64,000 bases of DNA, taken from Candidatus Zixiibacteriota bacterium. GTDB lineage: Bacteria; Zixibacteria; MSB-5A5; GN15; JAAZOE01. Both the position numbers and the translations under genes were made by a program. The notes beneath the pieces are model-generated. The model saw only the letters and a list, made by a program, of their open reading frames with translations, made no database searches and was not told where the DNA came from. This document shows, piece after piece, positions 1-8,944 of this stretch (the stretch's first letter is position 1; the number at the start of each line of letters is the position of its first letter). The stretch spans positions 12,903 to 76,902 of the forward strand of contig JAGLON010000032.1 in assembly GCA_023138975.1 (NCBI GenBank), read 5' to 3'.

Positions 1-1298
1 ATATCCCGGATTTTCTTTTTAATTGTATCAAATTTATCAAGAGATAATCGTTCATTGTGGGGGATTGATTCCGCGAAAAGATCCGTGATAGTTAAAATAT
101 TTCCGCCTAATACCTCAATAGGCAAGCGGCGAGTGTATTTACCGCCGAGATTTATATACATTGAACGGAGCATTTCGATAATAATTGGAGAATAACCTAA
201 CGATGATAGAAGTTTTATAGTAAGCGAGATAACTTTTCTATTGTCGGTTGATTCTTCCGAATCATAATAATAACCGGCAATGTCATGTATGTAGGCCGCG
301 GTACTAATCAACATACGGTCTTTAGAGGGCAGTTCGAGACGTTTACAGAGTCTGTCGCTGTATTGTCCCACCCGACCGCTGTGATTGACCGGCCGGTTTT
401 CTTTTGAGGCAATCAAAGATGTAAATATGTCCAGGTTGCTTTTTGTGAGATCGGCGTCGCGGGAAGCCTCACCGGTATTTAACAGCAGGTCGGAAGCCGA
501 CTCATAATACCTTACCGAGGTACTGGGTGAGAGCTTTCTGACCCGGTCGATTAAGTCAATGTAATCGCCGGGAACGGTGTCTTTTATTAAAACAGAATGA
601 TAGTTGTCTTCTCCCAGAAGTCGTATGGCATCGTCTGCTGAATCGGTTACGGTTACGACATAATTGTCTCTTTCCAATAACGATATTATTAACGGTACCG
701 CGTATTGTTCATCGGTAACGACAAGAATAGCCGGTCTGGTATCGCGAGGGGCATCATCCGTTTTTGTGATTTCTTTTGTCGGAATTTTCCCGGTATCGGT
801 CGTTATGTTCGGGATATCAAGTTGGAGACTACTTTCGAGATTTATATTTTTGCCCAGATAGAATTTGTTTATCGCAGTATTGATAGATACTTCGGCGGCG
901 ATATAGAGCTTTATCTCTTTCCCGCGGGCGACGAATTTGAGCTCATCATACAAATCGTTATCGCAGGGGTTATTACAGGCGATTTTTAGAAGATTATTGG
1001 CAGGATCATAATCAAAGGGGATAACATTTCGGGCGATGGCGACTTTTTCCGGAATCATCTTCAACACCATCTCATGTATATCAAGTTTGGATAGAATGAC
1101 GCCTTCCGAGTTTAGCTGAATTGACAGCGCCTTAACCAGTGTTGCTTCATCTATGTATCGGTGGTATAAAAGCTGTGATCCGAATTTGCCGCCATGCGCC
1201 TTTTGGCGCATCAGGGCTTCCTTTATCTGTTCTTCAGAAATGAGTCCCTCACTAATGAGGATTTCATCGAGACGTTTTTTTGGTGGAGTCTGACTCAT
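1..1298 (-). CDS. Partial (C-terminus beyond window edge) signalling protein: MshEN/T2SSE_N-type c-di-GMP-binding domain + receiver-like domain + degenerate HD-GYP-like domain
   Basis: Minus-strand frame is open from ATG at 1296-1298 to the window edge; it is absent from the ORF track because no stop lies inside the window. N-terminus RLDEILISEGLISEEQIKEALMRQ fits the MshEN c-di-GMP motif RLGxxLLxxGLIxxxxLxxxLxxQ. Further on come HSGRVGQYSDRL...AAYIHDIAG (HD-type), but no HHE or GYP motifs. Its start codon directly abuts the pilT stop. Confidence 0.6.
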   Translation of the reverse strand, partial: MSQTPPKKRLDEILISEGLISEEQIKEALMRQKAHGGKFGSQLLYHRYIDEATLVKALSIQLNSEGVILSKLDIHEMVLKMIPEKVAIARNVIPFDYDPANNLLKIACNNPCDNDLYDELKFVARGKEIKLYIAAEVSINTAINKFYLGKNINLESSLQLDIPNITTDTGKIPTKEITKTDDAPRDTRPAILVVTDEQYAVPLIISLLERDNYVVTVTDSADDAIRLLGEDNYHSVLIKDTVPGDYIDLIDRVRKLSPSTSVRYYESASDLLLNTGEASRDADLTKSNLDIFTSLIASKENRPVNHSGRVGQYSDRLCKRLELPSKDRMLISTAAYIHDIAGYYYDSEESTDNRKVISLTIKLLSSLGYSPIIIEMLRSMYINLGGKYTRRLPIEVLGGNILTITDLFAESIPHNERLSLDKFDTIKKKIRD

Positions 1299-2387
1299 TT
1301 AGTGTACTACCTCAATGGTGTCTGATTCATTGCGTTCAATGTTGTCATAAAAGCGCGACGGATCGACCGCCACACGGATTGCCTCTTGCGCTAATATTTG
1401 ACCGCTGTCAACTAACGCATGGAGGTGATTATCAAGCAGTTTCATACCCTGTTTACCGCCGGTTAAGATGGCATTGGGGATTTGGTGCGATTTCCCTTCC
1501 CGAATCAAACTTGATATTGATTGAGTCTGGAGCAATATTTCATAGGCGACTATTCGCCCGCCTCCGGCGGCTTTACGGACCAGTTGCTGAGCGATTATTC
1601 CCCGAAGTGAATTAGCCAGCATTACCCTGATTTGCTGCTGTTGTTCGGGCGGGAAAACATCAATTATTCGATCAATTGTTGCCGCGGCAGTGCAAGTGTG
1701 AAGAGTGCCCATGACTAATAAACCAATTTCAGCGGCGGTAAGAGCCAGAGATATTGTTTCGATGTCTCTCATTTCGCCGACCAAAATTATATTGGGATCT
1801 TCTCGCAATGAAGCCCGGAGCGCCTTGGCGAAAGATTCGGAATGCAGCCCTATTTGTCTTTGAGAGACAAGTGAGTTTTTGTTGTGATGAACGTATTCGA
1901 TAGGATCTTCAAGCGAGATTATATGCTTGGAAAAGTTGGTGTTTATATGATTGGCCAGGGAGGCTAAGGTGGTTGTTTTTCCCGAGTTGGTGGGGCCGGT
2001 TACGAGTACTAATCCTGATTGGCATTCTGCCAAAGACGCTATTGATTTCGGTAAGCCAAGGTCCTGCAGATCAAGGATTTGATCAGGTATCAATCTAATC
2101 GCTGCCGCAATACCAGACTGGGTGCTGTATATGTTGAGCCGAAAGCGGGCCACTCCGTGGATACCATACGCCAAATCAAGATCTCCTGTGCTTTCGAAGG
2201 AGCGAATCTGTTTGTCGGTCAGGATTTCATAAATCAAATGGCGGATTTCCTGATCCGACAGAGTCCGATGCCTTGTTTTTTCCAATAGGCCTCCGATACG
2301 AATCATCGGAACAGAGCCGGCTACCAGATGCAAATCGGACGCATCGGCAGACTTAACAATCTGAAGTAATTCATCTATTTGTGCCAT
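1299..2387 (-). CDS. pilT: Type IV pilus retraction (twitching motility) ATPase PilT
   Basis: 362 aa. Walker A GPTNSGKTTT, Walker B region ILVGEMRD, His box GTLHT, PilT-type LIREGK segment; the length is typical of PilT. Confidence 0.9.
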   Translation of the reverse strand: MAQIDELLQIVKSADASDLHLVAGSVPMIRIGGLLEKTRHRTLSDQEIRHLIYEILTDKQIRSFESTGDLDLAYGIHGVARFRLNIYSTQSGIAAAIRLIPDQILDLQDLGLPKSIASLAECQSGLVLVTGPTNSGKTTTLASLANHINTNFSKHIISLEDPIEYVHHNKNSLVSQRQIGLHSESFAKALRASLREDPNIILVGEMRDIETISLALTAAEIGLLVMGTLHTCTAAATIDRIIDVFPPEQQQQIRVMLANSLRGIIAQQLVRKAAGGGRIVAYEILLQTQSISSLIREGKSHQIPNAILTGGKQGMKLLDNHLHALVDSGQILAQEAIRVAVDPSRFYDNIERNESDTIEVVH

Positions 2388-2698
2388 TATTACTGATCCA
2401 CCTAAGCGTTAGCTTCTAATCTCAATATCGGCTGATATTGAGGCTAACTTTACATGTCTCTCAATAAGGCTATCTTGTTGCAGTCATAATACTTATAGTG
2501 TCCAACTTAGACCATGTTGAAGATTTATCCCAATGTTGTTGCAGGAAGTCCTTCGAATGCGAAATAATAATGAATTTTTCATTCATCTGTTGATATTTAA
2601 TATTACAACTATTAAATTATCTTTTAGTTTAGTATTTGGGGAGAAACCCTGTTCTATCGAAAGAAACACAATTAAATATAAAGAGTCCGGGAGGGGTT

Positions 2699-4636
2699 AT
2701 GAGACGACTTTATCTTTTAAGCTTTTTTTCAATTATGTGCTTCCTTTTACTCTGTAGTTTTCAATCTGCCAGCGCGCAAAAATTTGGAAAAGTACAGAAC
2801 TCAGAATGGGAAATTGGGGCTCCCGTTGGATTCGAAGAAGCCAATGCCGTGATACTTTTTGATAAAGCGACTATAAAAATAAGTCCTGATTATATAGAGA
2901 TAGATTACCATCGGAGAATTAAAGTTCTAAATAGTGCGGGTGTTAAAGATATTGGAGACATCTCGATAGAATATGATGAAGATTACGAGAAGCTAATGGG
3001 ATTCAAAGCCCATACTATTTTACCGGGTGGAAAAAAACACAAAGTTAAAAAAGATGCGATATTTGAGAAAAAAGTAGATGATTTCGTCACAAAAACATTT
3101 TCGTTTCCTCAGGTTGTGCCGGGATGTATAGTCGAGTATAAATATTCAATCAAGACTAAAAACTTTTGGTATGCAAGGCCCTGGTATTTTCAGGGTGAAC
3201 TATATACATATAAATCAACTTTTTCGGTTGAGTTATGGCCCGGATTTTCTTATGCCCCGACCTATAATGCAGTTCCTTTTGATAAACAAGAACCGACGAT
3301 AAAGGAACGTTCGGATCCGGGTATAACAATGGGGTCCCGTTTTATAAAGTGCTTTACCTGGAAATTAGAAAAGCTCCTGCCGGTCACTGATGAACCGTAC
3401 ATGAGCTGCATTAACGATTACCGGGCATCAATTCGCTTTCAGTTAATCTCCTATACCAATCCGTACGGTACTGTTCATATGTATGTTAAAAACTGGTCGG
3501 ATGTAGGTTATGATTTTGCGAAGTATTTTGATGACTATTGCAACCAAAACAAGGAAGTGAAAAAGCTTGCCGAGAGATTAACGGCCGGAATAACTGATGA
3601 GCGCGAGAAGTCGATAGCGCTGTATAACTATGTCCGAGATAAAATAAAATCGGCAGATAAGCTGGGACGATGGTTTTCTCATAAAAAAATGAAAAAGATG
3701 TTTGAAACTGGTTTTGATTCTCCGGAAGCAAAGAATCTCCTTATAGCAGAACTACATAAAGCAATTGGTCTGAAAGCCTGGCCAGTATTAATCAAGACTC
3801 GTAAAAAGGGTAAGTTTGATGCCTCGTTTGCCAGTGGACAGCAGTTCAACACCTTGGTTACATTTGTTCAGATTGGCAATACCTGGGAATTCCTCAATGC
3901 CTCTAATACGTTTTCTCCGTACGGTGTACTTCCTCCGCAGTGTTTGACCGAAGGAGGATTATTGATTGACGGTAAGAACTCCGAACTGGTTCGCATTACG
4001 ATTCAACCGACTGGTTCCTATCGCACTGACATGACGAAGATGATAGTTCATGCTGACGGCAATGTTACTTGTACGACAAAATGTGAATTTGGAGGTTACT
4101 ACGCTTCAAACTACGGTAAAAAATACCATGAGGATTCTCATAGTGATTTCGTCGAAAAATATTACAAAGACCGCCTTGAATACACCTGTAAGTTTGGTAA
4201 GGCTACTTGTAAACTTGACGAGTCCAATCATTTCGTCGTAAACTTGAATTATACATCATCTGATATGATCAAGAAGCTTGACGAGAACATTCAGGTTACA
4301 CCTGTGAAATTTGCCTATACTGATAATCCGTTTGATAATGAAAAGAGATTTTTTCCGGTAGATTTTACTTATCCGTTTACCTATCACAATCAGAACGAAA
4401 TCTTTTTTGAGGGCAGTGTAACAGATTATGTGTTGCCGGAAAGTGTAACAGAACAGATTAATGGGGCTTCGTTTCAACGGCAGTGTGTTAAAACTGATTC
4501 GAGCGTGATAATCATCAGTCAGCTTAAAATTGATACAGCGGAATTTCCACCCTATTGCTATAACAACATCCGATCTATGTTTGACAAATATGTTCGTTTT
4601 AACAGCGAAAAGGTGACCGCAATTATTGAAGAGTAA
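2699..4636 (+). CDS. Secreted DUF3857-like protein with a degenerate (catalytically dead) transglutaminase-like core
   Basis: ORF 2636-4636 trimmed to ATG 2699, which has a GGGAGGGG RBS just upstream and the signal peptide MRRLYLLSFFSIMCFLLLCSFQSASA. It aligns with the downstream paralog, but the Cys/His/Asp positions read GFDSPEAKNLL / FNTLVTF / FLNAS. Confidence 0.55.
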   Translation: MRRLYLLSFFSIMCFLLLCSFQSASAQKFGKVQNSEWEIGAPVGFEEANAVILFDKATIKISPDYIEIDYHRRIKVLNSAGVKDIGDISIEYDEDYEKLMGFKAHTILPGGKKHKVKKDAIFEKKVDDFVTKTFSFPQVVPGCIVEYKYSIKTKNFWYARPWYFQGELYTYKSTFSVELWPGFSYAPTYNAVPFDKQEPTIKERSDPGITMGSRFIKCFTWKLEKLLPVTDEPYMSCINDYRASIRFQLISYTNPYGTVHMYVKNWSDVGYDFAKYFDDYCNQNKEVKKLAERLTAGITDEREKSIALYNYVRDKIKSADKLGRWFSHKKMKKMFETGFDSPEAKNLLIAELHKAIGLKAWPVLIKTRKKGKFDASFASGQQFNTLVTFVQIGNTWEFLNASNTFSPYGVLPPQCLTEGGLLIDGKNSELVRITIQPTGSYRTDMTKMIVHADGNVTCTTKCEFGGYYASNYGKKYHEDSHSDFVEKYYKDRLEYTCKFGKATCKLDESNHFVVNLNYTSSDMIKKLDENIQVTPVKFAYTDNPFDNEKRFFPVDFTYPFTYHNQNEIFFEGSVTDYVLPESVTEQINGASFQRQCVKTDSSVIIISQLKIDTAEFPPYCYNNIRSMFDKYVRFNSEKVTAIIEE

Positions 4637-4689
4637 TGTCAAACCGGGCCGGGAAGTTCTATCCCGGCCCACTATTTGAAAGAATTACT

Positions 4690-6555
4690 ATGATCAAAGT
4701 ATTGGCTTGGATGTTATTAATCTCTCTAGTTTGTTGTGCCGGAATAGGCGCTGATAGTGGTAATGACGAAGAAGCGTATTACGATTATTGTGAATGGGAT
4801 TATAAAGTAACGAGCAAGGGATACACTCTTGTTTTCCGGGCAAAGGTGACTATTACCGGGCGCCGGGGGAATTCATATAATACAATATACATTGGCGAAA
4901 ATAAGTTTGTAAAACTGAAAAGTGCAAAAGTCCGGGTCCTGGATGCTAACGGTAAAGAAATCTATTCGCAGAAGAAGAAGGATTTCATTAAGCAGTGCGG
5001 CTATGGTCAATATTCCGTGTACAATGATCTTTGTTATTATATATTAGAAGGGAATTCGGCATCGTATCCCTATAGTATTGAATATGAATATACCCTTCGG
5101 AGCAGTTCATTGTTTTTCTTGACGGGACGTACTTTTCAAAAGGCGATTCCGGTTCGACGCGCGTTCCTGCAGTTGGAGACAACTCCAGATGTGACCTTTA
5201 CCTATCGTTGTGACGCCGAAAACATTATGCCCATGAGGTCGAGGACCGCTGATGGAAATATTATTACCTATTGGGAGAAAATTGATCTACCCAAATTTGA
5301 GGAAACCGATTATGTGCCGGAGGGTATCCAAAAGCCGATTGGGATTAGGCTGCGTTTTAATAGTATTGAGCTGGATTCTTACAAACTGTACCCAAGCAGC
5401 TGGAGTGGTATCGGCCAATGGTATTATGAGTTAGCTCAGGATAAGTACTTATGTATAGAAGCAATCACCTTAGACAGATATTTCTCACTTAAAGAGAGAA
5501 TTAAAAATATCTACGATGCCGTCAGCCGTGATGTGAGATATGTCGGGGTTCAAATTGGAATCGGAGGTTGGCAGCCTTACGAGGCAAACCAGACACTCAA
5601 ACGAAAATATGGTGACTGCAAGGATATGACAACGCTCCTGATATCTCAATTAGCTAAAATTGGCGTTAAAGCTTATCCTTGTCTGATAATGACTCGTGGA
5701 AGCGGGCTAACAGATCCTGAATACCCGGACTATTCATTCAATCATGTTATCACAATGGCGGTTCTGGGAAAGGATACGCTTTGGATGGATCCCACTCCCG
5801 GCAATTGCCAGTTTGGTGATTTGCCCTCAGGAGACGAAGATAATTATACTGTTGTTGTAAGTCAAAACGGTGGGCGGTTGATTAAAACTCCAGCAAGTTT
5901 ACCGTCTGACAATATCATGACTCGCATGGCAGAAATAAAAATAAACTCGCATCTTGCTTATGAGATAAAATCTACCATTACCGCTACAGGCAATCAAGAG
6001 CGCTACTTAAAAGGACGTTTTGATGGATTAAGGCGCTCAGACGTGGCGATTGCAGTTCAGGCGTATTATCCGGGCGAAGGTGGGGATTTTGAGATTATCA
6101 GTTCAAAGATTTTAAGGGCGGATAAAACCTATTTACCGATTGAAGTATCAATTACGGCTCAGGCTCTTAGGTCCTTTGATAAAATAGGTAAAAAGGTTTA
6201 TGTGCCGCTGCTTCCATTTTGCCGGTTAACCGATCTGGAAGAAACTGAGTTAGACGGGCGAGAGTATCCGTTAAATCTGGTTTATCCCCAAATAGATAAA
6301 GACTCCATAATCTTTAGCTGGGATACCTCGCTTGTGATAGACTCGATTGTTTTACCGGATGATGAGTTCCATGAATACCCTTTTGGGGATATTAGATTAA
6401 CCTGCCAAAGACAGGATTATTCCGTTACAGTCATCTTTGAGAAAACCCGGAAGCAGTATGCCCTGCAACCGGAGCAGTTTGCCGAATTTGAAAATTATCG
6501 AAATCAGCTTAAGGCACTATACAAAAAATACATGAAGCTGTTTGTGTCCAATTAA
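4690..6555 (+). CDS. Secreted DUF3857-like / transglutaminase-like cysteine peptidase superfamily protein (catalytic triad intact)
   Basis: ORF 4636-6555 trimmed to ATG 4690 (N-terminal hydrophobic signal MIKVLAWMLLISLVCCAG). Transglutaminase-like core YGDCKDMTTLL ... FNHVITMAV ... WMDPT supplies Cys-His-Asp. Confidence 0.65.
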   Translation: MIKVLAWMLLISLVCCAGIGADSGNDEEAYYDYCEWDYKVTSKGYTLVFRAKVTITGRRGNSYNTIYIGENKFVKLKSAKVRVLDANGKEIYSQKKKDFIKQCGYGQYSVYNDLCYYILEGNSASYPYSIEYEYTLRSSSLFFLTGRTFQKAIPVRRAFLQLETTPDVTFTYRCDAENIMPMRSRTADGNIITYWEKIDLPKFEETDYVPEGIQKPIGIRLRFNSIELDSYKLYPSSWSGIGQWYYELAQDKYLCIEAITLDRYFSLKERIKNIYDAVSRDVRYVGVQIGIGGWQPYEANQTLKRKYGDCKDMTTLLISQLAKIGVKAYPCLIMTRGSGLTDPEYPDYSFNHVITMAVLGKDTLWMDPTPGNCQFGDLPSGDEDNYTVVVSQNGGRLIKTPASLPSDNIMTRMAEIKINSHLAYEIKSTITATGNQERYLKGRFDGLRRSDVAIAVQAYYPGEGGDFEIISSKILRADKTYLPIEVSITAQALRSFDKIGKKVYVPLLPFCRLTDLEETELDGREYPLNLVYPQIDKDSIIFSWDTSLVIDSIVLPDDEFHEYPFGDIRLTCQRQDYSVTVIFEKTRKQYALQPEQFAEFENYRNQLKALYKKYMKLFVSN

Positions 6556-6662
6556 CAGAGCACTTTATAGAGCTGGTGTCTGCTCCGCACAGATTCTTGA
6601 ATATTAAAATTGCATTCTCGTCAACAATTCATTAATCAATGATGGCAGGAGCATATTAATAC

Positions 6663-7502
6663 ATGAAAAAAGCGCTATCGATAAATGGATTTATCATATT
6701 TCTGGGCGCAGTTATCATACTAATCGCAGGATGCGGAGGGGATGATAACGGTACCAACAGTTCGTCCGGAGCAATTTCTACGGGTAACCTACCCAACGGA
6801 TTGATAGTTGATCATACCTCACCATCAGGATTTGCTGATATTCCCGATACTGTTATTGAACAAGTGGTCGCTTCACAAAAAGTATTCCACGGCTGCACGT
6901 CCTACGGCCGGCAAATATCTTTGGGCATGTTTGTTCTCGGTGAAGAGAACTCCCAATTGTATTATCTCCGAGATGGTCTTTATTATGCCGATTATAATGA
7001 TGATTTGGGTGAAGAGGGTGATACTTCATGGACAATAATCACTCGGATGGGATTAGATAATCCTTCCAACCAGATAAATGTTATCATGTGGTCCTGGGGA
7101 AGCGGTGTCTCCAATAATACCAAAGCCGGGATCTCCAAGTATTTGACCACTATGTCGGCTCTTGAGGCTGAGTATCCACAAATTAGATTTATATATATGA
7201 CCGGTCATTGTGACGGCAGCGGTGATGCCGGTAACTTGAGAGCCCGGAATAATCAGATACGTCAGTATTGTATTGGAAATAAAAAAATACTGTATGATTT
7301 TGCCGATATCGCGAGCTATAATCCTGATAATGTATTTTTCCCTGATGCATCGGATTCATGTGTTTGGTGTGATGATTGGTGCGATCAATATGACTGCAGT
7401 GATTGTGTCTCCTGCTCGCATTCGCATTGCCTCGATTGCTACCTGAAAGGCCAGGCATTTTGGTGGATGCTCGCCCGTATGTCCGGTTGGGATGTCGAAT
7501 AA
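6663..7502 (+). CDS. Lipoprotein of unknown function with a Cys-rich C-terminus
   Basis: Lipobox LIAG|C in MKKALSINGFIIFLGAVIILIAGCGG. C-terminal patch CVWCDDWCDQYDCSDCVSCSHSHCLDC. No family recognised. Confidence 0.5.
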   Translation: MKKALSINGFIIFLGAVIILIAGCGGDDNGTNSSSGAISTGNLPNGLIVDHTSPSGFADIPDTVIEQVVASQKVFHGCTSYGRQISLGMFVLGEENSQLYYLRDGLYYADYNDDLGEEGDTSWTIITRMGLDNPSNQINVIMWSWGSGVSNNTKAGISKYLTTMSALEAEYPQIRFIYMTGHCDGSGDAGNLRARNNQIRQYCIGNKKILYDFADIASYNPDNVFFPDASDSCVWCDDWCDQYDCSDCVSCSHSHCLDCYLKGQAFWWMLARMSGWDVE

Positions 7503-7552
7503 TATTATCTACTGAAGACTCCATCTTATTATCAGATATATCTTTATATTAT

Positions 7553-7581
7553 GTAAAATTCTGGTAGTGGGTCAGTTTGAA
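7553..7581. repeat. Left terminal inverted repeat of the IS1-family element
   Basis: Contains the 17-mer TGGTAGTGGGTCAGTTT (7562-7578), the reverse complement of AAACTGACCCACTACCA at 9912-9928 and 21834-21850. Confidence 0.6.
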
Positions 7582-8423
7582 CTCATATTCCTTTCTTTTT
7601 CTTCTAATAGCTCAACAATATCTCCAATATTCCATAATCTTTTAGTTACTCCGGCTTCCATCGCAGGGGTGACTTTCAATGTGCGGTGAATCCTGACAAA
7701 ATTATAATACATGAAGTGAAGCGCAATAGCATACTCAAGGTTATCAATCTTTTTTGAAAAGCCGTTAGTCAGTCGGGTGAATCGTCTCATACTCATACGC
7801 ATGGTTAAATTCTGTCTTTCGATGTATGACGTTGAGACGTGTTCCGCTTTCGGATTACCTATAAGTGATTGCCGTCTTGCCCCGATGCATTTTGGCGGAC
7901 TGTATTTGCCTGCTTCCGTCTTTTCAAGGCCATAGAGCTTAACGAGCATTGCATAGTCGATATCATTGCCAAACGCTTCGTCAACGGCCTCCATATAGGC
8001 TCTTAGGCCGTCTGTCGTCAACTGCACTTTGTTTGAGAGCCTGCCTTTAATGTCATTCATGAAGACTTTAGCGTGATCGGCATCACGTAATCCCACGAGC
8101 CACGAGAGGGTTAATTTAGTATCTGAATCAATGGCAACCCATGTCCAAACATCACCGTAACCAAATTCGCCCTTCTTATCTTTCGGTACATTTTTCTGCT
8201 TTGAATAACAAAAAGACCAAATTTCGTCGCATTCAATACGCTTACAAGTAAGATTTTTAAGTTTTTTATCCTGATATTCAATACACACTTTACCAATATC
8301 TTCAAGTAATTTAACGACTGTATTTTTGGCAACTCCAGTCATCCTAACCGTTGACCTGATTGAGTTTCCCTCAACTAAAGCGGCTAAGACCCGCACCCGT
8401 TTTTCTTTACTTAGCTTTCTCAT
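7572..8423 (-). CDS. IS1-family DDE transposase (single-ORF type)
   Basis: 283 aa. N-terminal HTH (VLAALVEGNSIRSTVRMTGVAKNTVVKLL). DDE-region blocks IECDEIWSF, LTTDGLRAY and YIERQNLTMRMSMRRFTRLTNGFSKK...YYNF parallel IS1 InsB blocks (MDEQW, [34 protein letters not shown]). Confidence 0.8.
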   Translation of the reverse strand: MRKLSKEKRVRVLAALVEGNSIRSTVRMTGVAKNTVVKLLEDIGKVCIEYQDKKLKNLTCKRIECDEIWSFCYSKQKNVPKDKKGEFGYGDVWTWVAIDSDTKLTLSWLVGLRDADHAKVFMNDIKGRLSNKVQLTTDGLRAYMEAVDEAFGNDIDYAMLVKLYGLEKTEAGKYSPPKCIGARRQSLIGNPKAEHVSTSYIERQNLTMRMSMRRFTRLTNGFSKKIDNLEYAIALHFMYYNFVRIHRTLKVTPAMEAGVTKRLWNIGDIVELLEEKERNMSSN

Positions 8424-8431
8424 ACTGACCT

Positions 8432-8460
8432 AATATACGTAACCGCTCTTGTAATGTCAA
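8432..8460 (-). promoter_or_regulatory. Sigma70-type promoter giving a (near-)leaderless transposase mRNA
   Basis: Minus strand reads TTGACA-N17-TATATT, then 8 nt to the ATG. No Shine-Dalgarno sequence. Similar TTGACA boxes sit 31-36 nt upstream of the ATGs at 9373 (box 9404-9409) and 9852 (box 9883-9888). Confidence 0.5.
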
Positions 8461-8504
8461 GAAAAAAATGTCTTGCAATTCAAAAAATATCCGATATATT
8501 TAAA

Positions 8505-8577
8505 AGCTGGTGATGGGGATCGAACCCGCATTTCATAGGTGGGAAGCCATGAACCTTAACCATTAGGTCACGCCAGC
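8505..8577 (-). tRNA. Aberrant tRNA-like gene (Gly-UCC-like loop CTTCCCA), possibly a pseudogene
   Basis: Minus strand GCTGGCG TG ACCT AATGGTTA AGGT ... GCGGG TTCGATC CCCAT CACCAGC T. The D-arm and T-loop are good, but there are C:A mismatches in the acceptor and T stems, a bulged anticodon stem, and C at position 37. No CCA is encoded. Confidence 0.35.
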
Positions 8578-8590
8578 TATTGTCTTTTTG

Positions 8591-8658
8591 TGGACTCGGC
8601 CGGATTTGAACCGGCTGAATCGGGTGCAAACCCCAATCCAGTCACCCTGACCGAGCCC
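8591..8658 (-). tRNA. Aberrant short tRNA-like gene (68 nt, Gln-UUG-like loop GTTTGCA, truncated D-arm)
   Basis: Minus strand GGGCTCG ... TTGGG GTTTGCA CCCGA TTCA GCCGG TTCAAAT CCGGC CGAGTCC A. The acceptor stem (one G:U) and T-arm are good. The D-arm is reduced to roughly a 3-4 bp stem with a 5-nt loop. Position 37 is C. Confidence 0.35.
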
Positions 8659-8944
8659 TATGTTCTTTGAAAGAGAACGTTTGCTTTACAGGTTAAATGT
8701 TACAGTTTACATTTACCGAGAGTTTTTACACTTACTCGGTTTTGTTCTTTTGTGAGGTTTAACTCTCACGGTTTTAGGTCCGGGTTTATTGCCCGAACGA
8801 ACTTGACGCGGTTTTCGTTTGCACGTCATAATGTAATCCTTTCTTCCGCATAAAGCGGATGTAGTGTTAAGGTTTTGCAAACGCTCTCTTATCGCATCAT
8901 CAAAAGTGTTTTTGACCCGAGTTGCTCCAAACGACTCGGGTCTT

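Noticed and set aside
2636-2698. Upstream-extended starts given by the ORF track (also 4636, 23169-26093, 38886, 48953, 50349, 54671, 14741, 32329)
   Set aside because: In each case an internal ATG is preceded by a purine-rich RBS. It begins a signal peptide or the conserved N-terminus, whereas the extensions lack RBSs or use TTG/GTG within the upstream gene.
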